From positions 29,206 through 93,205 of the forward strand of contig JAVVFV010000004.1 in NCBI GenBank assembly GCA_039889305.1: a stretch of DNA of 64,000 nt, read 5' to 3'. The translations under genes and the position numbers were made by a program. Positions 37,687 through 48,053 of this stretch are shown here, one piece after another. The notes under the pieces were generated by a model, which worked only from the letters and a program-made list of their open reading frames with translations, made no database searches and was not told the DNA's origin. The stretch comes from Candidatus Zestomicrobium tamdykulense (GTDB lineage Archaea; Thermoproteota; Thermoprotei_A; Sulfolobales; NBVN01). Positions within the stretch are counted from its first letter, which is position 1. Every line of letters begins with the position of its first letter.

Positions 37687-38433
37687 ATGGGGCGTAGGGT
37701 GAATAATGAAGAAAGAGTACTGATGCAGCTAGTTGATGTTTGGAAGACTTATAAGGTAGGTGATATAGTTACTTGGGCTTTAAGAGGAGTCAACTTAAGC
37801 ATAATGAGACGAGATTTCATAGCTATAATGGGTCCCTCTGGTTCTGGTAAAACTACATTACTCAACATTATTGGTTTGCTTGACAGGCCTACTAGGGGTA
37901 ATGTGTATGTAGATGGTGTTGACGTGTCGGTGCTATCCTCAGATGAGTTAGCTAGACTTAGAAACAAAAAGATAGGTTTTGTTTTCCAGCAGTTTAATCT
38001 GGTTGCTCGCATGACTGTTTACGAAAACATAGAATTACCTCTCGTGCCTGCTGGGGTACCTCCTAGCTTAAGACGTGAAATGATTTTGAGAGCTCTTAAA
38101 GCTGCTGGTGGTGAGGATGAGTGGCTTACTAAGAAACCAACTCAGTTATCTGGAGGTCAGCAACAGAGAGTAGCTATTGCTAGAGCCCTAGTAAATAATC
38201 CCGAAATAATACTAGCTGACGAACCTACAGGAAACCTAGATAGAGCGTCAGCTAGGATAGTCGTAGATACCTTCGCAAAACTAAATATGAGGGGTCAGAC
38301 AGTCGTTGTTGTAACGCACGACCCTGAAGTAGCTAACTGTGCTAACAAGATATACATAATAAGAGACGGCATCATTAAGGACTTACGAACGCCTTCCAAG
38401 AACGAGTGTCTTCTGTATAAAGAAATAAGATGA
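37687..38433 (+). CDS. ABC ATP-binding protein (LolD/MacB family)
   Basis: GPSGSGKT, LSGGQQQRVAIARAL, LADEPTGNLD and VVTHD. Confidence 0.93.
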   Translation: MGRRVNNEERVLMQLVDVWKTYKVGDIVTWALRGVNLSIMRRDFIAIMGPSGSGKTTLLNIIGLLDRPTRGNVYVDGVDVSVLSSDELARLRNKKIGFVFQQFNLVARMTVYENIELPLVPAGVPPSLRREMILRALKAAGGEDEWLTKKPTQLSGGQQQRVAIARALVNNPEIILADEPTGNLDRASARIVVDTFAKLNMRGQTVVVVTHDPEVANCANKIYIIRDGIIKDLRTPSKNECLLYKEIR

Positions 38434-38500
38434 TCTCCACGCATCTCACTATCTCGAATAATCAGTGTTTTTTTACTTCTGAAAGTAATCTCTAATTAAG

Positions 38501-41500
38501 GTGATTCACTTGATGAGGATGAGGTTAATTAACTCTTGTTTATTTCTGGTTTTGTTAGTTTTATCTGTGGTTTCAGGTTTATCTCTAGCCGTAAACGTTT
38601 CAGGAGATTCACAGGGTCTAGCGCTAGTTACCGTGACTCAACGTAATGCGGCAGGTGGTACTTCAGTTTATCCTGGCAGTAGAGATGCTGAAGTATCTGT
38701 TGAGGTAAGAAATGAGGAAGCTTTCAGTATTAGGGGAGTTCAAGGATGTTTTAGTTTACCGGAGGGTTTTCATTTTTCGGTAGGAGTTTCATCATGTGTT
38801 TGGGCGTACTCAGTTAATGGGTTTTGGGTTTATGAATTCGCTCCAGGAGAGGTTTTCCTGATAAGGACTAGACTTAACATAGAGGACTACGTATTACCAG
38901 GTAGTTACGTTCTGGAACTCAACATTACTTACAGGGTCTTCGACGGGTATAGTGAGACTCCTAAATATGTGGTATTTCTAGTGTACGTTAACGTGAGTGA
39001 GTATCCTGAGGTAATGTTATCCGTGATTGATGTTTGGTGGTCCGCCAGTGTTTTCCCGGGAACGCAGAGTGCTACATTAAACGCACGTTTGAAGAACTCC
39101 GGTAATTCGGATGTGCTGGGTGGTTACGGGATTCTCACGCTTCAGCCTCCATTAATGCCCAGAGAGATCAGGGTTGAGTTACCTACAATACCTAGAGGTA
39201 GTACGTACGTCTTGACAGTCGGGGGTATTGATGTTCCTCTCCTCACAAGCCCAGGATCTTACGAAGGTTTCTTAAGGATTAACATGACTTCCAGGACTGA
39301 GGACGGGATCACGTATGAGTCAAGCACTAGCTTAAGCTTTACTATAGTAGTTAGTGTGCCTGAAGTACCGAACATCGTGGTTGTTGATAGTGGGTGGAGT
39401 TACGACGTTGCGTATAGTGAGGGTCGCTCACTAGTCATGTTTGTGAAGATACAGAATAGAGATCTACCAACAATAAATTCTTTGACCGCCGTACTCAAAC
39501 TCCCTGAAGGACTTAAGTCGAGGGATGGTAGGAACTACATAGTAACAACACTTGAGGAACCGCTGAGTTACGGTAGCATAGCTACGCTGACTTTCAGTAA
39601 TATAGTAGTTAATATGTCTGAGCAGCTAGAAAATACTATAGTGGCTGAGGTTTATTTTGAGGGCTTAGCTACTTACAGAGGTTCTGAGTTCTGGTTTAAC
39701 CTTTCCTTAAGCGTTACAGCGACCCTAGTATCCGAGGATATATTAAGGATTGGTTGGGTTGAATGGAGTTATCAGGGAGGTACTGCTGAAGCACTCCCAA
39801 CATCAAGAGACATAATACTAGTTATTAGGTTAAGTAATTTCGGTCAGGACTTCCTTACGTTACTGAATGTAAGCCCGTTATTCCCGGACTTTATTCAGGT
39901 CAAATCTGTTGGAGGAACTTGCTTAGCGGGGATACAGCCAGGTAGTACATGTGTTCTCCAGCTAGTAATTGATGTGGACTCTAAAGCAAGTCCGGGTTTT
40001 TATAATGCATCTCTGATAGTGACTTACGACGCTAGAGTAGGTACATCATTCCTATACAGAACCACAACCCTGAATTTCCAGTTCGTTATTTCAGACCCTT
40101 ATAACTACGTAGCTAACCTAATCTTAAGTAAGGTCTGGTGGGGAGCGACAACACCTACTGTTTCCTACGGCTTAGAGAAGCTTTACCCGCTACACGTAGA
40201 ACTAACGAATCTAGGTAGGTATGGGGCTAGTTATGTTTACCTTAAGGTTTCAGGACCTAATGGAGTAATTGTTATTGATGGTGAGGGAGTATGTTCTACG
40301 TACTTAAGTCCTGGATCTTCATGTAGGTTAGTTCCATACCTAAACCTGAGTGGGTTAGGTGAGGATGCGTTAATTCTTAGTATTGATGTGACTTACTACA
40401 TAACTATTTACGGTTCCTACATCCCTGTCACAAAACACTACGTAGTTAGAGTTCCCGTAAGTACTTACCCACCAAGTTCTTTAGGTAGGTTAAGCGTGAT
40501 TAGTTTCGGATGGGTTAACAATAATCCTGTATATCCTAACACACAAAACGCTACCTACGTGATCTACCTAATAAATCACTACCCGTACGCGGTGTCTTCA
40601 GTCTATGCTGAGTTAGTGTTGCCTAGCGGATTCACTCCCAGTAAGGGTCTCAACAAAGCTTACGTTTCAGGACCTATACCACCGAATCAGGTTCTACAAC
40701 TAAGTTTTACTTTGAATGTAGGAGATGTAAGTCCTGGCTGGTATAATAGTTCTGTGAAGCTCTTCTACTTAGTTAACTCTGGCGGCGAGGGTCTGGGTGT
40801 AGTAGAGGAACTTACGTTGCCTGTCTTGATTAATAATGTTTCCCTAGGTATTGAGTTAGTGAGTTCTTCGTGGGCTGGGAAGCCTGCAGAACCGGAAACT
40901 TACGGGAACTTCCTAGTTGTTATTATGAGGAATTCTGAGTATCCATCTATTAGAGGTCTTGTGACTGAGGTAGCATTGCCTGAAGGTTTTGTTTCTTCAG
41001 TTAATAATGAGAGCAGGGTTAGGGTAACCGCTACCTCATCCCTACCTCAAATACCTACGCTGCAACCCAGTAATGTGCAAGACTTACTAAGATACTATAC
41101 TCAGTTACTAGGGACCCAGACATCACTACAAGCCCAGTTTGATAAGGGAGATTTCATATACTTCGTGATCCCAATCAACGTACTCTCCGTGAGCCCGGGT
41201 ACTTACTATGCTGACATGATGCTATCCTTCATTGATCACTGGAATAATGTTAGGACTCAGCGGTTAAGGCTCCCTATAAGTGTTCTTGGATCACCAATAC
41301 TCATTCAGGTATGGAGTGAGACCCCCCTGAACTTCAGAGATTCTAGGGAGGTTAACATGACTCTGAAGATCCTGAATCTGGGTACCGCGCCTGCCTACAA
41401 CGTATACCTAGCTGTGTACCCGTACGGCAGCTATGTAGTTATTCCTAAGACAACCCCGATCTATATTAGCAGGTTAGAACCAGGAGTAGTTACCTCGATA

Positions 41501-42100
41501 TATGTGCCTGTTTACTTGAATCCGTTACCCTCAGCTCAGGTTCCTATCCCCATAACATACGGTAACATACCATTCATGGCTACCGTGATTTACACAACGT
41601 CTAATGGGTTAAGGCAAGTATTTAATATTTCATTCACTGTAAGTATTGAGCCCTTCATAAAGCTTATGTTGTCTGATGTTAAGGTGTCGTATTCTGATGG
41701 GTTGGTAAGGCTTTCCTGTACTCTAATAAATGTGGGTAACGCACAAGCACAGAGAATAACTGCTAAGCTAGTAGGTGGTGATAGAGAGAGTGAAGAGGTC
41801 TTCATAGGAGATCTAGATCCATCTTCACAGACTAGCTTCGCTGTTTATCTCGAGACAGGGACTTACATAGATTCTGTTGAGTTATTGCTAAGCTACAGAA
41901 ACCCCTATAACGAGGTTGAGGTCTTGAGTAGAGAGTTTGGGGTGATTCAGTCAGTTATCCAGACTACCACACCACCGCAACAACCAACTGATTTACTAAG
42001 GTACAGTATTATGGCAGCAGTCATAGTGTTCTTAGGTATTGTGGCGTTCATTCTCTACAGATACTTGAAGACCCACCCAATACCTCAAGTGAGGGAGTAG
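38501..42100 (+). CDS. Large surface protein with repeated Ig-like modules (COG1361 S-layer-domain type)
   Basis: Signal peptide, repeated ~120-aa beta-rich units (W....VYPG, N.G, PG.Y...L..TY), C-terminal TM helix. Confidence 0.8.
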   Translation: MIHLMRMRLINSCLFLVLLVLSVVSGLSLAVNVSGDSQGLALVTVTQRNAAGGTSVYPGSRDAEVSVEVRNEEAFSIRGVQGCFSLPEGFHFSVGVSSCVWAYSVNGFWVYEFAPGEVFLIRTRLNIEDYVLPGSYVLELNITYRVFDGYSETPKYVVFLVYVNVSEYPEVMLSVIDVWWSASVFPGTQSATLNARLKNSGNSDVLGGYGILTLQPPLMPREIRVELPTIPRGSTYVLTVGGIDVPLLTSPGSYEGFLRINMTSRTEDGITYESSTSLSFTIVVSVPEVPNIVVVDSGWSYDVAYSEGRSLVMFVKIQNRDLPTINSLTAVLKLPEGLKSRDGRNYIVTTLEEPLSYGSIATLTFSNIVVNMSEQLENTIVAEVYFEGLATYRGSEFWFNLSLSVTATLVSEDILRIGWVEWSYQGGTAEALPTSRDIILVIRLSNFGQDFLTLLNVSPLFPDFIQVKSVGGTCLAGIQPGSTCVLQLVIDVDSKASPGFYNASLIVTYDARVGTSFLYRTTTLNFQFVISDPYNYVANLILSKVWWGATTPTVSYGLEKLYPLHVELTNLGRYGASYVYLKVSGPNGVIVIDGEGVCSTYLSPGSSCRLVPYLNLSGLGEDALILSIDVTYYITIYGSYIPVTKHYVVRVPVSTYPPSSLGRLSVISFGWVNNNPVYPNTQNATYVIYLINHYPYAVSSVYAELVLPSGFTPSKGLNKAYVSGPIPPNQVLQLSFTLNVGDVSPGWYNSSVKLFYLVNSGGEGLGVVEELTLPVLINNVSLGIELVSSSWAGKPAEPETYGNFLVVIMRNSEYPSIRGLVTEVALPEGFVSSVNNESRVRVTATSSLPQIPTLQPSNVQDLLRYYTQLLGTQTSLQAQFDKGDFIYFVIPINVLSVSPGTYYADMMLSFIDHWNNVRTQRLRLPISVLGSPILIQVWSETPLNFRDSREVNMTLKILNLGTAPAYNVYLAVYPYGSYVVIPKTTPIYISRLEPGVVTSIYVPVYLNPLPSAQVPIPITYGNIPFMATVIYTTSNGLRQVFNISFTVSIEPFIKLMLSDVKVSYSDGLVRLSCTLINVGNAQAQRITAKLVGGDRESEEVFIGDLDPSSQTSFAVYLETGTYIDSVELLLSYRNPYNEVEVLSREFGVIQSVIQTTTPPQQPTDLLRYSIMAAVIVFLGIVAFILYRYLKTHPIPQVRE

Positions 42101-42103
42101 TAA

Positions 42104-43318
42104 TTGCTTAGAGATATTTTTAGGTATGCTATGAAGGTATTGACTGAGAAGAGGCTTAGAGCTATTCTAACAATAATCGGCATATCTATAGGTCCTCTAG
42201 CGTTAGTGATGATGACTTCTACGGTAAGAGGTTATGCTAGCTACGTGGAGGGAGCTATATTAACTCTAGGTCAGAATACTGTCGTCATATTTCCTTCTGT
42301 GAAGTACAGACTAACTAATAGTGATTTAGAGTATGTAGAGGGTCTTGAAGAAGTTGATGAGGCCGAGCCTTTCTACTCTACGCAGGGCTACATACAGACT
42401 GCTGAGGGGAGGAGGAACGTATTCATATATGCGGTAAATCCCTCAATCTTAGTTAAAGCGATAGGTAATCTGGAGTTGGAGGAGGGTGAGTTTCCTCTCG
42501 ATGTAGAAATAACTTACTGCGTGATAGGTCATTCAATAGCTTACTCAACAGCCTCAAATACTAGGTTGTTTGAAGTTGGGGATTCTATTACGGTCAATAC
42601 TGTTGAGGTATTGAGTGGTGGTAAGCTTAACTTGAGGAGAGTCTCACTCAGGGTTAAGGGTATCCTTAGGGAGTTTGGTGGTGCTGCCTTCGTGTCACCA
42701 GATCAAACGATTTTCCTGCCTACGAGGAGCGGCCCCACAATACTAAACATGAAGGATATATCAGGTATTTTCATAGTAGCTAAGGATCCTTCACTAGTTG
42801 ATGTGTTGGTTAGGAAGATTAGGGATGTGTATCAGGATAAGGTATCTGTAGTAGCTTTTCAACAGATAGCTAGGACAGTTGCTTCAGTTACTACTGCTCT
42901 AGACTTCATAGTTTTCTCTGCTTCACTCTCAGCTTTTGCGGTAGCTGTAGCTGGGACAGCGTCAACCATGATAACCTCAGTTATTGAGAGGACGCGTGAG
43001 ATAGGTGTTTTGAAAGCTCTAGGCTTCACTGATAAGCAGGTGGTTTTCATGATACTTGCTGAATCAATAATAATGTCATTGATAGGTGGTGCTATAGGTA
43101 TAGTGTCTGGTGTTATAGGTGCTCACATACTTTCGTCAAGTGGTCTCGTAATATCTGTTGGTAGTAGTGGGTTAGTCATAGTAGCTAATCCGGAAATAAC
43201 TGTAGATTTAGTACTGACTACGGTCTTCATAACTGTAGGTGTAGGTATTGTGGGCGGGGCACTACCTGCTTATAGGGCTGCTAAGATACCTCCAGCAACA
43301 GCTCTGAGATATGAGTAA
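42104..43318 (+). CDS. ABC permease (MacB/FtsX family)
   Basis: RAILTIIGISIG, SVIERTREIGVLKALG and PAYRAAKIPPATALRYE. Confidence 0.92.
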   Translation: MLRDIFRYAMKVLTEKRLRAILTIIGISIGPLALVMMTSTVRGYASYVEGAILTLGQNTVVIFPSVKYRLTNSDLEYVEGLEEVDEAEPFYSTQGYIQTAEGRRNVFIYAVNPSILVKAIGNLELEEGEFPLDVEITYCVIGHSIAYSTASNTRLFEVGDSITVNTVEVLSGGKLNLRRVSLRVKGILREFGGAAFVSPDQTIFLPTRSGPTILNMKDISGIFIVAKDPSLVDVLVRKIRDVYQDKVSVVAFQQIARTVASVTTALDFIVFSASLSAFAVAVAGTASTMITSVIERTREIGVLKALGFTDKQVVFMILAESIIMSLIGGAIGIVSGVIGAHILSSSGLVISVGSSGLVIVANPEITVDLVLTTVFITVGVGIVGGALPAYRAAKIPPATALRYE

Positions 43319-43388
43319 ACTGCGTTTAAGAATAAGTGAGTATGGAGTCGTAATTACCTAATTTATTGTTATCCTAAATTGCTTAGGG

Positions 43389-44288
43389 TTAGGAATGATG
43401 TTTCTTCAGCCGGACTACGTATGTGGTCGCTAACGCTAGTACTGTTAGAATTAGTGCTAGTCCGAGATATGTGGTTAGCTGGTTGCTTTCAGGAATTGCT
43501 TGCGTAGTAGTTGTTTTTTGCGTTATGATTTCCCCGTTATCAGCTAGTATAGCTATGTTCTTATAGGGAGTTACGGCAACTACGTATGCTGGTCTGAGCA
43601 TCCCGTACAGTATCACGTAGGACTTAATGATTCCTCGGTACTCAGTAATGTTTAGTTTATTTTTAAGTATTTCTTCTACTTCTCCTACGCTTAGGTTGAA
43701 GTTAGGGATCTGTGTGAGTAGTTCCCTGATTGCCGGGAAGTAATTGATGAATTTGTAAATGACTAAGGGTGGTGACGGGTAAATGAAGTACCTCACGACG
43801 ATTGGGGTTGCTGTGACGTAGTTGAGGTCTAGGAAGTAGATTGGTGCATCACCAATTACTAGCTGCCCTCCAAGAACTTCAGCTCTTGAGGTACTGCTTA
43901 TGAGTTTTTTTGAGGTGTTATACCACTCCTTAACACCTCCTTCTAGCTCGTTTAAGATACTTGATTCGTTCACGTATCTAACATCAATAACTACTTCAAA
44001 ACTTACTATCTCGCAAGTCTCCTTAGTTGCTTGAACCTCTACAGAAACTCCTCGAGAAATCCACTTAAAAACAAGAATAATTAAGTCTGTATAGTTGAGG
44101 TTAGAACTTACTACAGTATAGTTGCTTAAGTCCACATAACTACTTAATCTAGGGAAGCGAGAAGCTAAAACAGAACTTACTGAAGAATAACAAGTAATAT
44201 TAACGTGTGGTGAGGAATACCCAGTAATAAGAGAAGAGAATACTAGGAGAAATACTGTGAGGACGCCTAAGACCGAAACTCCACTCAC
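43389..44288 (-). CDS. Hypothetical secreted protein with C-terminal membrane anchor
   Basis: Signal peptide, several NxS/T sequons, Thr-rich linker, TM helix and basic tail. Confidence 0.7.
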   Translation of the reverse strand: MSGVSVLGVLTVFLLVFSSLITGYSSPHVNITCYSSVSSVLASRFPRLSSYVDLSNYTVVSSNLNYTDLIILVFKWISRGVSVEVQATKETCEIVSFEVVIDVRYVNESSILNELEGGVKEWYNTSKKLISSTSRAEVLGGQLVIGDAPIYFLDLNYVTATPIVVRYFIYPSPPLVIYKFINYFPAIRELLTQIPNFNLSVGEVEEILKNKLNITEYRGIIKSYVILYGMLRPAYVVAVTPYKNIAILADNGEIITQKTTTTQAIPESNQLTTYLGLALILTVLALATTYVVRLKKHHS

Positions 44289-44786
44289 TACAACACCAAC
44301 CCCTGTCAGGATATGTTGTTTAAGGTTAAATATGTGATATCACTAACAGTTCCTCACTCCTAGTTACTCTTGGTTTGGTGTTGTTCATCACCGTATCTGA
44401 GGATTTCTTAATTAACGTCTTGAGCTCGAGGCAGACTTACACCTAAATTTGCCAGCATAATGTTCTGGAAGAAAGCTTAGGTCTGTTTAAGTTGGGGCAA
44501 GTAAGCTCCTTCCTCAACCTAATTAGGAGGTCTTACAACACTCTGAAGAACACGACTCACAAGCTGTTCTCCGTTATTGCTTCCTTAGTAAGTAGTAGAT
44601 TCTTAAGGATAATAGAGAGTAAGTCTGAAAGAAAGCAAAGAAAATTTGTTGAGTACGTATTCATAACTCATAAAGTGTTATTAGGAGTTTCCTTAGCGAT
44701 TCTGTATTTCCTAACCTCATAGGGTATTCTTCAGTTAGGTCCTAGCTAATTTTTCCTCTGATAAATCTTATTAATAGGGCTGTGAA

Positions 44787-45656
44787 GTGAGGAGTTTAGT
44801 AGTTATTTCTGGGTTGCTGCCTTATAATTCTGGTAAGACTTTCTTTACTCTAGCTCTAGCTGATTACTTAAGAAGGTTAGGTTATTCTGTAGGTGTTGTG
44901 AAGCCTGTTGCTGCTCATTCTTTTTGGGAGCAATATGAGTATTTCTTAGAATCTCGTGAGTTAGGTGTTTTAGTGGGTGAGGATATTGTTAGGTATGCTA
45001 GAGCCGGCTTCATCTACGATATCGATTCACAGAACCCTGTTGACATCATGACAGCTCCTCACGACTTAATGAAGCATCCATCACTAGACTCCTACCTCAC
45101 CTCACTCACATCGCTAATGGATCAGGTAGTACTTGCTAGGGTTTCCTCAGGAAAGCGGAGGAACTACTACTTAATCACTAATAATTTGAGTAGGTTAAGT
45201 AACCACCTAGCTAATGAAGTCAAGGAATTCGCTAGTAGTTTAGGCGGGGCTGAGGAAGTAGATAACTTATGGCTATATAACAAATTAGTAAGCAGAGAGA
45301 TCGACTCCCTAATTACGGAGTCTACAAACACCATAATCTCAAGGCATGACGTAATTCTCTGCGAGTCTTTTAGTAACGCCCTACTACCAACATTAGGCTT
45401 AAGAAACCTTGTCAAACACGTGATCGTAGTAACACCTTCCAGAGCACTAGTTTACGGTCCCGGTAAAGTAACTACGTATCTGAGTGCTATAGACCGCCTT
45501 AGAACAGAGACCTCCTTTCTAGTCATGCTTTTTAAGCCAGACATGATACTAAGTATTAAGCCAAGCACCACGTATAGTGAGGTTCTCGAAGAGGAGGAAG
45601 CCAGCAAATTAGTGAATTATTTACTCACGACCGAAATCAGAGTTAAGGAGAAGTAA
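44787..45656 (+). CDS. Predicted P-loop ATPase (COG4028-like, dethiobiotin synthetase-related)
   Basis: GLLPYNSGKT, VKPVAAH and CESFSN. Confidence 0.72.
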   Translation: MRSLVVISGLLPYNSGKTFFTLALADYLRRLGYSVGVVKPVAAHSFWEQYEYFLESRELGVLVGEDIVRYARAGFIYDIDSQNPVDIMTAPHDLMKHPSLDSYLTSLTSLMDQVVLARVSSGKRRNYYLITNNLSRLSNHLANEVKEFASSLGGAEEVDNLWLYNKLVSREIDSLITESTNTIISRHDVILCESFSNALLPTLGLRNLVKHVIVVTPSRALVYGPGKVTTYLSAIDRLRTETSFLVMLFKPDMILSIKPSTTYSEVLEEEEASKLVNYLLTTEIRVKEK

Positions 45657-45775
45657 TGAAAAGCCTCAAACAAGTAGTGGTGACACGGCTTCAGATTTTA
45701 ATAGTAAAATACAGCTCCACTGACGAGTTACTCTGATAAGGACTTTAATCCCAAAGCAGTCGAAGTAAGATTTTT

Positions 45776-46060
45776 ATGTTGTTTAGTAATTCTTTATTAA
45801 GTGGGTGGTCAGGTTTGAGTCTCCCGGAAATCCTGCTTTTCTCCGGGCTTGCCATAATAGTGGTTGGGTTTTTGTTACTATTCGTAACATTACTGCGTCA
45901 GAGCAAGAATTACAAGTTCGAGGGTGGTGGTGTGTTTATCGTTGGACCCATACCTATCGTTTTCGGTACTAGCCAGAAGGTATCAGCAATTCTTATGGTG
46001 CTTGCTATAGCTTTAACGTTGGTTGTTCTCGCGACGTTTATCTTATCGAGTACTAGGTGA
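45776..46060 (+). CDS. DUF131/TIGR00304-family membrane protein
   Basis: GGGVFIVGPIPIVFG. Confidence 0.82.
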   Translation: MLFSNSLLSGWSGLSLPEILLFSGLAIIVVGFLLLFVTLLRQSKNYKFEGGGVFIVGPIPIVFGTSQKVSAILMVLAIALTLVVLATFILSSTR

Positions 46061-46066
46061 TTAGTA

Positions 46067-46351
46067 GTGATTAACTCTTTACTAAAAGTAAGTATCCTAC
46101 TCCTGCTCGCAGGCTTCATGCTAGTTTTTCTGGCTATGTTACTACCTATATTGACTTTAGGGGGTCAAGCAACGACCCCCTCAGGGGTTGCTGGTTGCGT
46201 GATATTGTTTTTTATCCCGATATGTTTTGGTTTTGGTGAATCCGGGATCTTGCCTTTCATGATTATGCTATCTCTAGCTCTAACACTAATTCTCGTAGTC
46301 TTCACGTTCCTGATTTTTAGGAAGCTTGCTAGAGATAGGTATGCAGAGTAA
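46067..46351 (+). CDS. DUF131-like membrane protein (tandem paralogue)
   Basis: GVAGCVILFFIPICFG at the equivalent position. Confidence 0.65.
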   Translation: MINSLLKVSILLLLAGFMLVFLAMLLPILTLGGQATTPSGVAGCVILFFIPICFGFGESGILPFMIMLSLALTLILVVFTFLIFRKLARDRYAE

Positions 46352-46414
46352 CTGAAGATCATACTCTACGAGACTTTTAATTTGTTTCGCGATTAAGTTT
46401 AGGGTAGGTATGTT

Positions 46415-47767
46415 TTGGGTTTTGGATGGGGAACTCCGGAAGAAATCATAGCTAGGTATGAGAAAGTATTTTCTAGGGTACAGAGAGTTTCTTACGCGCC
46501 AGTCATAGCTGTTAGGGGCAGGAATTCTAGAGTGTTTGACGTTAGTGGTAGGGCGTACATAGACTTTACCTCAAGTGCTGCTGTGATGAATCTTGGTTAC
46601 TGTGATCCCGAGATAGTTAAGGTAATTAAAGAGCAGGCTGAAGAACTGATTCACTTTACTTTCATATACGGCTACAACATACCTGCTCTTCAATTAGCTG
46701 AGGAACTGCTTTCTTTGACAGGTTTTGATGACTGGAGGGTTGTTTTAGGTTTGAGCGGTAGTGACGCTAACGAAGGTGCTTTAATGCTTGCTAAGGGGTT
46801 TAGGAGGAACTCAAAGATATTAATAAGTAACGCAGGCAGTTTCCACGGCTGTTGTGTCGGTACTACTACTGTTTCTGGTGTAGATTTGTCTGTAAGGGTC
46901 TCGAAAATAATTGGTTCCTGGCTAGAGAGTGTTAAGGTTCCTTACCCTTATTGCTACAGGTGCCCGCTAGGTCTGAAGCCTGAATCCTGCGGGATGTCGT
47001 GTGTTGAGTACGTGAGGACCCTAGTAGATAATGTTGGTTCTGAGAACGTGGTAGCGTTGATTACCGAGCCTATCCAGGGTGATGGAGGCATAGTAGTGCC
47101 TCCAGAAAATTACTTCACACGACTTGAGGATGTATTGAGGAAGCACGAAATACCTATAATACTGGATGAGGTTCAGACAGGCTTAGGCAGAACAGGAAAG
47201 TGGTTCGGGTACCAACACTTTAACTTCAGACCTGACGTAATAACTCTGGGGAAGCCTCTTGGTTCCGGCCTACCTATCTCAGCTATACTGGGTAGGGAAG
47301 ACATAATGAATTCCCTACCTGATTTCGCGTACTCCTTCACTCTTGCTGGCAACCCACTCATAGCTAGAGTTGCGTTAAGAACTATCCAGCTAATTAGGGA
47401 GAAGGATTTAGTGAGGAGAGCTGAAAAGCTTGGTGAGATTGTCTTGAGGAGGTTAAGCAAGTTACGTGATGAGTGTTCCATAGTTGGTGATGTAAGAGGT
47501 AAGGGCTTAATGATAGGTTTAGAATTAGTTAAGGATAAGGAGAGCAAAGTTAGAGGGTTTGAGGAAGCCAAGAAGGTAGTTTGGAGAGCTTACGAGCTAG
47601 GACTCTTCATTATGTTCTTGTCAGGGAACGTACTCAGAATACAACCCCCACTAACTATAGAGGAAGAAGTCCTTGAAGAAGGCCTCAATATACTGGAGAA
47701 ATCTATTAAGGATGTTGAGGAAGGTAAGGTAGGTAATGAAGTTCTTACTAAGATTCAGGGATGGTAA
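46415..47767 (+). CDS. Class III PLP-dependent aminotransferase
   Basis: SGSDANE, SFHG, EPIQGDGG, DEVQTG and TLGKPLGSG (PLP lysine). Confidence 0.92.
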   Translation: MGFGWGTPEEIIARYEKVFSRVQRVSYAPVIAVRGRNSRVFDVSGRAYIDFTSSAAVMNLGYCDPEIVKVIKEQAEELIHFTFIYGYNIPALQLAEELLSLTGFDDWRVVLGLSGSDANEGALMLAKGFRRNSKILISNAGSFHGCCVGTTTVSGVDLSVRVSKIIGSWLESVKVPYPYCYRCPLGLKPESCGMSCVEYVRTLVDNVGSENVVALITEPIQGDGGIVVPPENYFTRLEDVLRKHEIPIILDEVQTGLGRTGKWFGYQHFNFRPDVITLGKPLGSGLPISAILGREDIMNSLPDFAYSFTLAGNPLIARVALRTIQLIREKDLVRRAEKLGEIVLRRLSKLRDECSIVGDVRGKGLMIGLELVKDKESKVRGFEEAKKVVWRAYELGLFIMFLSGNVLRIQPPLTIEEEVLEEGLNILEKSIKDVEEGKVGNEVLTKIQGW

Positions 47768-47771
47768 GACG

Positions 47772-48053
47772 TCAGTAAGAACGTGAAATAAGAGACAGTA
47801 GATTACGGATGCTCCATATACTTAAGTTTGCTTCTAAATAAGACTTGTAAGAGCTGTATACAGACCTTCTTAAATCTCTTGGCAAACCACTCAGGAACAG
47901 CTTAACGCGAAACTTAAGTAGTAGCGTGAGCTTAGTTAGTGTTAAGTAGAAGGAAATGTAAGCCACTAAATCTGACAAAACAAGCAATATCAAGAGTACT
48001 TGATGAGCTATTAAGGTGTAGTTAGCTATCTTAGCTGCTTTCAGGGTTCTCAC
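47772..48053 (-). CDS. Hypothetical small membrane protein
   Basis: Hydrophobic N-terminal half; overlaps the upstream HTH gene. Confidence 0.55.
   Translation of the reverse strand: MRTLKAAKIANYTLIAHQVLLILLVLSDLVAYISFYLTLTKLTLLLKFRVKLFLSGLPRDLRRSVYSSYKSYLEANLSIWSIRNLLSLISRSY

Noticed and set aside
44289-44786. ORF 44492-44722 and a possible pseudogene in this gap
   Set aside because: No recognisable motif in any frame I translated, and no clear RBS.
18260-46067. Selenocysteine or programmed UGA read-through at in-frame junctions
   Set aside because: The UGA codons sit in or next to RBS-like motifs, downstream genes have their own starts, the positions are not catalytic Cys sites, and no SECIS-like element was seen.
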